Below, in pieces: positions 23,639 through 30,835 of a stretch of 64,000 nucleotides of DNA (its first letter is position 1; every line of letters starts with the position of its first letter). Made by a program: the position numbers and the translations under genes. The notes under the pieces were generated by a model. The model worked only from the letters and a program-made list of their open reading frames with translations. It was not told the DNA's origin and ran no database searches. Origin of the DNA: an uncultured Acidobacteriota bacterium (GTDB taxonomy: Bacteria > Acidobacteriota > Vicinamibacteria > Vicinamibacterales > UBA8438). The stretch covers positions 160,001 to 224,000 of the forward strand of contig CAJWLU010000002.1 in NCBI GenBank assembly GCA_913043225.1, read 5' to 3'.

Positions 23639-25480
23639 TCAGGTGCTCGGGCGGAGCCGTGTTTCGGCGCGCATGAGCCCGTCGGTGGCCGTGTCGAAGA
23701 ACGTCTCGAATTGACTGCGGATACGGTCGAGCTTGGCCACCTCGGCGGCATCCGCCTCGGTATCCGGACTGACGATGTAGATGAAGGCCTGGCGGTGCAC
23801 TTTCTCCGACGTGTCGACCGACGGGAACCGCGGTCCTTCGATGTCGATCACGTCCTGGATCACGATGTCCCGTCTGGTGCCGTTGAAGGTGACCCCGACC
23901 TGCGGGGCCGACGTGTTTATCTCGACGGGAATAACGTTGGTCGGTGACTCGACATAGAAGAATGCCGGGACCTCGGTGTCCCGGCGGAGGCCCATCGCGT
24001 ACTGGTCCAGCGCACTGTAGCGCTCAACCGCCGCCACGGTTTCGAACATGCCGCCCCCCTTGTCCTCGATGTCGTTGCCTTCCATCACCGAAGCGTCCGA
24101 GTCGAAGAAGAAGCTCCAGTGGGCGTTAGCACGGCCGAGCAGGGCGGTCGACCGCTGTCGGTCCACGTCACTGAACTCGAAGAATGCAAGCCACCGGTGG
24201 CCGACCTCGTGTGCTAGTACGCCCATGGTGGTGTTCTCGCCCACAATCTTTTCGGCGAGGTCTTCAGAGTATTTGTCCAGCCAGCCCATGACCACGATGC
24301 TGCTGAGCTCCTGGCTGCGAAATTCTGGCGAGACCGGGAACGTCGGCTGGCCGAGTCCCTGGATGCTGTTGGCGACGGTGGTCTCGTAGGCGAACGCGCC
24401 ACCGAAGACGAGAGGCTGGTTCCCAAAGATGATGATCTGGTCGTAGGCGTCAGGGTGTGTCTGGAAGAACTTCTGCGCCACGGCCACGATGTCAAGCTCC
24501 GACTCCCGAGAGAATCGCTCGCCGATCGCGCCGGTCGAGCCGGTGTTCGCCTCTGCCTGACTGAGATCGACCGCATGGAATGTTCCGGTTCGTCCCGGAG
24601 ACACGCCGACGATCGCGTCGAACAGCTCGATGCCTTTGTCGAACGCCATCTCGACCACGCCGTCGGTCAGCAGGCTCGCCTGTACCGTGGTCGTGGCGCT
24701 CATCCCGAAACCGGGGACACGGCACCAGGTAACCGTGGTCCGGTCGGCCAAGGTGGCTGCGAAGACCCCTCCGCTGACGCTCGGGTCGAGGTCGGCCAGG
24801 AAGGGGGAGAGCCGGGGTGGCCCCGAAAGTAGTCGGGAAACGTTCCGAGGCGTGCTGGCGTTGTCACCTTCCTCAAAGGTGAGGTTGCCATCCGAGTTGA
24901 TGAAGAGTGACGAGTGGCTTTCGCCGAAGAATGGGAAGGTGAAGCCCATGGCGAGCGAACTGGTGTCGTCGTCGCCAAGCGTCACCCGGTCGCCAAGGGG
25001 CGAGCGAAACGCGGCCGAGCTCGTTCGGGCCACGTCGTAGCCGCCGCTGTCGTTGGGTGTGAAACGAAGGCCGAGATCGAGCAGGTCGTAGGGGTTGAGG
25101 GCCCGGAACAGGTCACCTTCGTCCTGGAGCACGGCGATGTCGCCGATATCCTCGGTCATCGCGTTGGGGCTCACCGGCGAGAGCTGTCCGTGGGCCAGGG
25201 CAGACCGGTGATTCCAGAGGCTGTCCAGCACGCCCCAAGGCGCATCCTGGTCTATGACGCCGGCCCACTTGTCGGGTCCTCCGGCTGATCGTGCCGCGGT
25301 GCGCAGCTCCACCGCGTCGCACGGGTTCGTATTCGCCGTTGGGGTGCTGGTTGGCGTCTGTGGCGCCCGGGTATCGGAGCCGGAATCACACGCGTGTTGG
25401 ACGCCGCTGGCCAGTACACCCGCCGCCACAATGGCCGTTTTCGTCCAATAGATCACATCGCCGAATATGTCGACGCTCAC
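23639..25480 (-). CDS. Exported protein with NIDO-like region and HExxH zinc-metallopeptidase motif
   Basis: Hydrophobic N-terminus (possible lipobox QHAC), FTFPFFG..FINSDGNLTF..PFLADLDP, LAHEVGHRW..HWS..SVMEG, DQYAMG. Confidence 0.65.
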   Translation of the reverse strand: MSVDIFGDVIYWTKTAIVAAGVLASGVQHACDSGSDTRAPQTPTSTPTANTNPCDAVELRTAARSAGGPDKWAGVIDQDAPWGVLDSLWNHRSALAHGQLSPVSPNAMTEDIGDIAVLQDEGDLFRALNPYDLLDLGLRFTPNDSGGYDVARTSSAAFRSPLGDRVTLGDDDTSSLAMGFTFPFFGESHSSLFINSDGNLTFEEGDNASTPRNVSRLLSGPPRLSPFLADLDPSVSGGVFAATLADRTTVTWCRVPGFGMSATTTVQASLLTDGVVEMAFDKGIELFDAIVGVSPGRTGTFHAVDLSQAEANTGSTGAIGERFSRESELDIVAVAQKFFQTHPDAYDQIIIFGNQPLVFGGAFAYETTVANSIQGLGQPTFPVSPEFRSQELSSIVVMGWLDKYSEDLAEKIVGENTTMGVLAHEVGHRWLAFFEFSDVDRQRSTALLGRANAHWSFFFDSDASVMEGNDIEDKGGGMFETVAAVERYSALDQYAMGLRRDTEVPAFFYVESPTNVIPVEINTSAPQVGVTFNGTRRDIVIQDVIDIEGPRFPSVDTSEKVHRQAFIYIVSPDTEADAAEVAKLDRIRSQFETFFDTATDGLMRAETRLRPST

Positions 25481-26076
25481 CGTAGCCGTGCTTCCAGCAG
25501 GTCAAGGGCGGCACCCGAGTCGCTTGTGGCCAGTACGCTGAAGCGTTCCCGCTCATCGATTTCCTGGGTGAGAGACCAATCATCGTCTGGTCCCATGGTG
25601 CTGAGCAGACGTTCGAACGTCGGCCTGAACGCCTCCATCGTCTCGCCACGGTTGGGTGCCCGCAGCCGGTCGTTGGCTAGGCATTCGAGTTGGTCTCCGC
25701 GGAAGCGGACGCGCCCGTCGAGAGTATCGTTCGTCTCGAGCAGTCGGCCAGCCTTCACGAGGGTCCGGGCCGCGGCATGAAGGCGGTCCGCCAACTCTCC
25801 CTCCTGATCGGCGCGCCTCGCGTACTGGAGGCCGAGACGCCCGCCTGACTGTTCGATCGCGTAGTAACCCTCGTGGGTTGCCAGCAGGACACTGGGCCCG
25901 CTCGTCATGTGGGAGTAGTCGGCCACGTCAATGAGCAGTCCGTCCACGGCCGATGTCTGGATCCAACGATGGAATACGGGGATTACGTCTCGCGGATCGA
26001 GCACCGTTTCCTCGTCGAGAAAGATCTTGAGTGCGATGCGTTGCAAGGTCCCAATCCTCGCGGCTGCGTCTGTCAC
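25477..26076 (-). CDS. Hypothetical protein coupled to sulfite reductase
   Basis: GTG 26076 overlaps the reductase stop (GTGA); 199 aa with FHRWIQ, LIDVADYSH, NDRLRAPN; its stop overlaps the next ATG. Confidence 0.7.
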   Translation of the reverse strand: MTDAAARIGTLQRIALKIFLDEETVLDPRDVIPVFHRWIQTSAVDGLLIDVADYSHMTSGPSVLLATHEGYYAIEQSGGRLGLQYARRADQEGELADRLHAAARTLVKAGRLLETNDTLDGRVRFRGDQLECLANDRLRAPNRGETMEAFRPTFERLLSTMGPDDDWSLTQEIDERERFSVLATSDSGAALDLLEARLR

Positions 26077-28355
26077 TGCACCCCCCCGGGTGAGGGCGCC
26101 GAACCGGCCTTGGGTGGGGAAGGCATAGACGCTAGGCGCGCCTGACAGGCGTGGGTCGCTTCGAGGAAGAGCTGCGCCTCTTCGATCAGCCGCCGCGCCG
26201 TATCGCGTTCGGTGGCAGGGCCCGGCTGTTCGTGTCTTCTGAACAAGTAGTTGGCGAACTTGCCCCTCGCGTACTTGTCGAAGAACACCTCGGTGTCGTA
26301 GAACCGGGTCCGGAACTCCATGACGATCTGTGTTGGTTCGTCGGAGATGTCGATGAACTCGGTCTTGATCAGCCCCTTGGCCGCCTGCAGCATCGCGCCG
26401 TACGCCAGCTGGTCGGCGCGCGTTGGGTCGTTCTCCTCGAGTGCGAGTTGCGCCTCGAAGACCTGGCTTTCGGCACCAGCCAGATCGAACTCGGTGAGCG
26501 AGACCACCTCTCCGGCGCATTCACCCACGCCCATGTCGCCGATGCCGAATTCGCGTGGGTCGCCCCAGTCGCGGAAGAAGTCTGGCCTCTCTTCCCGACC
26601 AGGAATCGCCATCAGATCCTTCAGGATCTCCTTTAGCGTTCGCTTGCCGATCCGGCTGGCAAAGTCGTAGAAGGTCTCGTTCTCCAGACGTTCCTCCACG
26701 AAACGGCTGGTAACCCGCCGAACCACTTCTGGAATGTTCTTGGATGGGACCGCCCCGATGGCCAGGCCATAGCTTCCGCCGTTTTCGACCCACTTACCTC
26801 CCAGGAGTACCTGGAAGTGGGGCACCACGTGACCACTGGCGTGTCGACTGACCCCGTAAAACCCGAGGTCGCTGATGTGGTGCTGTCCGCAGGAGTTGAA
26901 GCAGCCGCTGACTTTGATCCGCAGGTTTCGTGCGGACTCGTCAAGGGAGCTCATCTGATCGACGAGCTGCCGCTCGAGTTCCGCGGCTAGTCCGCGCGAC
27001 GACGCAATACCGAGCTTGCACGTATCGGTGCCTGGGCACGCCGTGATATCGGCAACGGTGCCAGCGCCCGGTTGCGCGAGGCCAATGGAGTCCAGCTCGC
27101 GGTGGAGCTCCGGCAGGTCCGCCTCCCGCACCCAACGCAGCACGATGTTCTGCTCGACCGTCGTTCGGATCGCGTCACCCACGAAGCGCCTGGCGAGGTC
27201 AGCCAGGCGTCGAAGCTGCCAACCAGACAGGTCGCCAAGTGAGAGCGTGATCGTGGCGACGACATAGCCGGCTTGCCGCTGGCGATAGACGTTGGTGCCT
27301 ACCCAGGTCTGGAAGGCACCGGAGTTCGGCGCGGTTTCGAGCGGAGCGCCCGCATGGAGCGGCCGTTCGCCCTGGGCAGGCACGTCGTCCAGATAGGCGG
27401 ACCACCGCTCGTCAGGCGCAAGCGCGTCGCGCTCTTCCTTCACGAGGCGACGAAACTCGTCGATGCCCAGTTGGGCGACCAGGAACTTGATGCGCGCCCG
27501 GGCACGGTTGCGCTTCTCGCCCAGCCTGGCGAAGACGCGTGAGATGGCTTGCAGCGTCGGCAGCACTTCTTCCTCGGTCAGGAAGGGGTCGAACAGCTTC
27601 GCTTCGTGCGGTACTGCGCCCAGGCCGCCGCCCACGTAAACCTCGAAGCCACGTTCGATGGTCCCGTTGACCTCCCGCGTCACCGCAATGCCGCCAAAGT
27701 CGTGCATGTTGACGAGGCCGCAGGCGTGCTCTCGGCAGCCGGAGAAGGCGACCTTGAACTTTCTCCCGAAGTCCTGGGTATCGGGGTGTCCGAGGAGGAA
27801 ATGCATGGACGCTTCGGCGTAGGGCGTGACGTCGAAGGTCTCGTCCCGGCAGACGCCGGATAACGGACAGGCCGTGACGTTGCGCACGGTGTTACCGCAC
27901 GCTTCACGCGTGGTGATACCGACGGCGGCCAGTCGGCGCATCAGCTCCGGGGTGTCGTCGATATGGACGAAGTGCAGCTGGATGTCCTGGCGGGTCGTTA
28001 TGTGGCAGACGCCGTCTGAGTACTCCTCGGACAGATTGGCCAGGGTGTCCATCTGGTCCGCCGTGAGGCCGCCAAACGGGATCTTGATCCGCTGCATACC
28101 TGGAGCGTCCCAGACCGTGTCCGGCCCCTTGGTTTGCCCATCCGAAGGAAAGGGGAGCAGCTTCACGCCGGTCCCGTCGTTGCGCTGGCCGTTGTCGTAG
28201 CGTTGCCCGTACGCTCCCCGCCGAAGTCTGGTTTCAGCGAACACCTTGTCGTCGATCTTGCCCTGGCGCTTCAGTGCAATCTGGTTCTCGTAGGTATCGA
28301 TCTCTCTCCCGAGGTCGTCCGGGATCCGAGCGCCTAATGTGTCTTTCCAGCTCAT
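26073..28355 (-). CDS. sir: Siroheme-[4Fe-4S] sulfite/nitrite reductase hemoprotein with C-terminal extension
   Basis: HITTRQDIQLH, EACGNTVRN, RKFKVAFSGC, ACPGTDTCKLG, SGCFNSCGQH; context (cysH, Cys leader) favours sulfite. Confidence 0.88.
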   Translation of the reverse strand: MSWKDTLGARIPDDLGREIDTYENQIALKRQGKIDDKVFAETRLRRGAYGQRYDNGQRNDGTGVKLLPFPSDGQTKGPDTVWDAPGMQRIKIPFGGLTADQMDTLANLSEEYSDGVCHITTRQDIQLHFVHIDDTPELMRRLAAVGITTREACGNTVRNVTACPLSGVCRDETFDVTPYAEASMHFLLGHPDTQDFGRKFKVAFSGCREHACGLVNMHDFGGIAVTREVNGTIERGFEVYVGGGLGAVPHEAKLFDPFLTEEEVLPTLQAISRVFARLGEKRNRARARIKFLVAQLGIDEFRRLVKEERDALAPDERWSAYLDDVPAQGERPLHAGAPLETAPNSGAFQTWVGTNVYRQRQAGYVVATITLSLGDLSGWQLRRLADLARRFVGDAIRTTVEQNIVLRWVREADLPELHRELDSIGLAQPGAGTVADITACPGTDTCKLGIASSRGLAAELERQLVDQMSSLDESARNLRIKVSGCFNSCGQHHISDLGFYGVSRHASGHVVPHFQVLLGGKWVENGGSYGLAIGAVPSKNIPEVVRRVTSRFVEERLENETFYDFASRIGKRTLKEILKDLMAIPGREERPDFFRDWGDPREFGIGDMGVGECAGEVVSLTEFDLAGAESQVFEAQLALEENDPTRADQLAYGAMLQAAKGLIKTEFIDISDEPTQIVMEFRTRFYDTEVFFDKYARGKFANYLFRRHEQPGPATERDTARRLIEEAQLFLEATHACQARLASMPSPPKAGSAPSPGGVQ

Positions 28356-28356
28356 G

Positions 28357-29175
28357 TCAGCCCTTTCCCTCGGCGGTCTGTGCCGCGTCGGTCGCCGGTG
28401 GACTGGCAAGTACCGTCGCCAGGTCGACCACCGCCCCGATAATGATCGTCCCGGTGGCGTCTTGCGGATGTGGACTGGCTGTGCGCCCTAGTTGCTCCAG
28501 GCTGCCCGTCCAGGTATGCGCCGCCGGGGTGGCGGCGTCAGAGGCGATGGCCACGCTCGTATCCGGAGGCCAGCCCCGGTCGAGCAGGCATCGCGCGATG
28601 GTCCGCCGCTGCGTCAGGCCCATTAGCACCACCACGGTGGCGCTGTCTGGCGCTAGTGATTCGAGTATCGGTGCGTAGCTGCTCTCATCGTGCCCGGAGA
28701 CGACGACGAAGCCGGAGGCGAGTCCGCGATGGGTCACCGGGATGCCGGCCAGCGCCGGCGCGGCGATCGCTGCGCTCACTCCCTGCAAGACCTCGAACGG
28801 GATTCCCGCGGCGCGTAGCGCAAGGCCCTCTTCGCCACCGCGTCCTAGTACAAACGGGTCTCCTCCCTTGAGACGCACCACGTGGCGTCCCCGTCGCGAG
28901 GCACGGATCATCACCCGGATGATCGTGTTCTGGGGGACCGAGCGCCGTCCCGCGCGCTTGCCGACCGAGAAGCACTGGGCCCGGGAGGCGAGTTCGATCA
29001 CCTCTGGCGAGACCAGGGCATCGTAGAGTACCAACTCCGCGGCTCGCAGGCGCTCGGCGGCGCCGAGCGTCAGCAGCGCGCGGTCGCCCGGTCCAGCGCC
29101 GACAAGCGAGACGAGTCCTCTGGAGCCGTTGGGTGTCATGGTCGTCGTTTGGCGCTGACGTATCGTTCGGGACAC
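28357..29175 (-). CDS. cobA: Uroporphyrinogen-III C-methyltransferase
   Basis: LVGAGPGD, VLYDALV, VRLKGGDPFVLGRGGEE, AGIPVTHRG; start may be ATG 29139. Confidence 0.93.
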   Translation of the reverse strand: MSRTIRQRQTTTMTPNGSRGLVSLVGAGPGDRALLTLGAAERLRAAELVLYDALVSPEVIELASRAQCFSVGKRAGRRSVPQNTIIRVMIRASRRGRHVVRLKGGDPFVLGRGGEEGLALRAAGIPFEVLQGVSAAIAAPALAGIPVTHRGLASGFVVVSGHDESSYAPILESLAPDSATVVVLMGLTQRRTIARCLLDRGWPPDTSVAIASDAATPAAHTWTGSLEQLGRTASPHPQDATGTIIIGAVVDLATVLASPPATDAAQTAEGKG

Positions 29176-29178
29176 GTG

Positions 29179-29754
29179 TCAGTGCTGTCGATCTTCGTAG
29201 AGACCGGCCAGCGCGCGCAAGAGCAGGGGCCGGCGTTCGTCCATGGGGACCTCGTTCGCCATCCACTGTCTGCGCTGTTCCTTGGCCGTGGACAGCCACC
29301 GCGCCACTTCTTTTTCCGGGAGCAGCGCCTCGAGTGCCTGTCGAATCAGACCGGCCAGCGCCGGCGCCTGCCCATCGGTCGAGATGGCCACCGTTACGCC
29401 TCCCCGCCGGACGACGCCTCCCAGGTAGACCGTGGCATTAGGGGGGTCGTCGACGGCGTTCACGAAGAGCTGGCGTGCCTCGGCCTCTCGTGCCACGTCT
29501 CGGTTGACTTCCGGAGGCGCCGCGGCCACGACCATCCACGCGTCATCGAGGTCGGTCGGCTGAAAGCGACGCTTGATGAGCTCGGCTTCTGCCGTTCGGA
29601 TTTCAGGCACCATCTCGGGGGCGACCACAACTATATCCGCGCCGGCGGCCGTCAGTGCGACCAGCTTGGAGGCGGCGACGGGTCCCCCACCGACGACGAG
29701 TACCCGTCGCCCGGTCAGTTTCAGGAATGCCGGGAAGAGCGTGGTCGCACTCAT
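29179..29754 (-). CDS. Precorrin-2 dehydrogenase/sirohydrochlorin ferrochelatase (CysG N-terminal type)
   Basis: LFPAFLKL, VVGGGPVA, VNAVDDP, VAISTDGQAPALA. Confidence 0.9.
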   Translation of the reverse strand: MSATTLFPAFLKLTGRRVLVVGGGPVAASKLVALTAAGADIVVVAPEMVPEIRTAEAELIKRRFQPTDLDDAWMVVAAAPPEVNRDVAREAEARQLFVNAVDDPPNATVYLGGVVRRGGVTVAISTDGQAPALAGLIRQALEALLPEKEVARWLSTAKEQRRQWMANEVPMDERRPLLLRALAGLYEDRQH

Positions 29755-29802
29755 GGCCGGTGCCCGAGGGCCGGGAGTGGGGCAGCGGAGAGAAAAACGG
29801 GA

Positions 29803-30567
29803 TCAGACGGTCGAGCGAGCCTCCTGTGCTTCGCTCGACGTCGACGGCGGTTCGTGGAGGCCACACTCGGTCTTCGACGTCCCACGCCACCGGCCAGCCC
29901 GGTCGTCTTCTCCGGCGGCCACCCGGCCGGTGCAAGGAAGACAACCGATGCTCGGGTAGCCCTGATCATGCAGCGGATTGTAGGGCACGTCGTGCCGCAG
30001 CAGGTGTTGCCAGGTGTCCTTCTTGGTCCACCGCACGAGCGGGTTGACCTTCTCGAGGCCGAACTTAGCATCCATTTCCACGACGAGAGTATTGGCGCGA
30101 GCCGCGGTCTGGTCCCGGCGAATGGCGGTGATCCAGGCGTCGACTCCCGCCAGTTGACTTTCCAGCGGGCTCACCTTCCGCTTGGCGCAGCACAGATCCG
30201 GCTCGCGCGTCCAAAGCTCCGGGCCATGCGCGGCCGCCTGCACCTCGACGGTCTGTTCCGGTGACACGCGCCGGATCGTCACCCCGTAGCGCGACTCGAG
30301 ACGCTGCCAGAGGTCGTAGGTCTCCGGGAAGAGCAGTCCCGTGTCGAGTGTGAACATGTCGATCGGCAGTTGGTGACGACCGATCAGGTCGATCAGGACG
30401 CAGCCCTCCGCGCCGAAACCGGTGGCGAAGGTTAGCCGCGAGCCGTAGCGGTCAGCCGCCCACTTCAGGATCTCGAGCGGAGCGGCTTCTTCGAGTTCCC
30501 GCGCCGGGTCGATCAACTCGGCGGGGTCGAAGGTGGCCGTGTCCGGGCGAGTCAGCGTGTCAGTCAT
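29803..30567 (-). CDS. cysH: Adenylyl-/phosphoadenylyl-sulfate reductase (Fe-S, APS-reductase type)
   Basis: LDTGLLFPET, CCAKRK, GYPSIGCLPCT, RAGRW, ECGLH; CC plus CxxC indicate the Fe-S type. Confidence 0.93.
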   Translation of the reverse strand: MTDTLTRPDTATFDPAELIDPARELEEAAPLEILKWAADRYGSRLTFATGFGAEGCVLIDLIGRHQLPIDMFTLDTGLLFPETYDLWQRLESRYGVTIRRVSPEQTVEVQAAAHGPELWTREPDLCCAKRKVSPLESQLAGVDAWITAIRRDQTAARANTLVVEMDAKFGLEKVNPLVRWTKKDTWQHLLRHDVPYNPLHDQGYPSIGCLPCTGRVAAGEDDRAGRWRGTSKTECGLHEPPSTSSEAQEARSTV

Positions 30568-30605
30568 TACTGTTCCAGTCGGTCGTTTCGAGAACGCGGT
30601 CGAAG

Positions 30606-30641
30606 AAAAAAAGCCCGGGAGCCGTTGGGCCCCCGAGCTTT
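30606..30641 (-). terminator. Attenuator terminator in the cysH leader
   Basis: - strand AGCTCGGGGGCC-CAAC-GGCTCCCGGGCT 12-bp stem (two G-U pairs) with a 7-T run starting at its last base, 39 nt before the cysH ATG. Confidence 0.88.
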
Positions 30642-30681
30642 GGTCTTTCGCGTTGATGCTTTCGTTCTTATGAGTGATGCC

Positions 30682-30771
30682 TCAGCGCGACACGACCGTC
30701 AGCTCGGGGGCCCAGGAGGCCTCCGGACAACAGCAACAACAAGTGATAGTCGTGTATGCGCGGGCGCTCAA
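30682..30771 (-). CDS. Poly-cysteine leader peptide (M)SARAYTTITCCCCCPEASWAPELTVVSR
   Basis: TGT TGT TGC TGT TGT at 30741-30727; TTG start 30771 (alternative in-frame ATG 30813); TGA 30684-30682; contains the antiterminator strand 30714-30701. Confidence 0.85.
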   Translation of the reverse strand: MSARAYTTITCCCCCPEASWAPELTVVSR

Positions 30772-30780
30772 AACGCCAAT

Positions 30781-30809
30781 GTTGTACCCCTTCGCTCCTG
30801 ATTCGTCAA
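30781..30809 (-). promoter_or_regulatory. Candidate sigma70 promoter for the leader-cysH operon
   Basis: - strand TTGACG-17 nt-TACAAC, ending 9 nt before the leader TTG. Confidence 0.55.
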
Positions 30810-30835
30810 GCATGGTTGTGACCTGTCTGGTTGAG

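Noticed and set aside
26073..28355. Assimilatory nitrite reductase belonging to the nitrogen cluster
   Set aside because: It is co-transcribed with cysH behind a Cys-responsive leader, with no nitrate/nitrite transport or nas genes; sulfite is more likely but not proven
28882..30264. 460-aa + strand ORF
   Set aside because: Antisense to cobA, the siroheme gene and cysH; Arg/Gly-rich shadow
30568..30835. SAM riboswitch or T-box in the cysH leader
   Set aside because: No recognisable SAM-I core or T-box motif; the leader peptide plus antiterminator already explains the region
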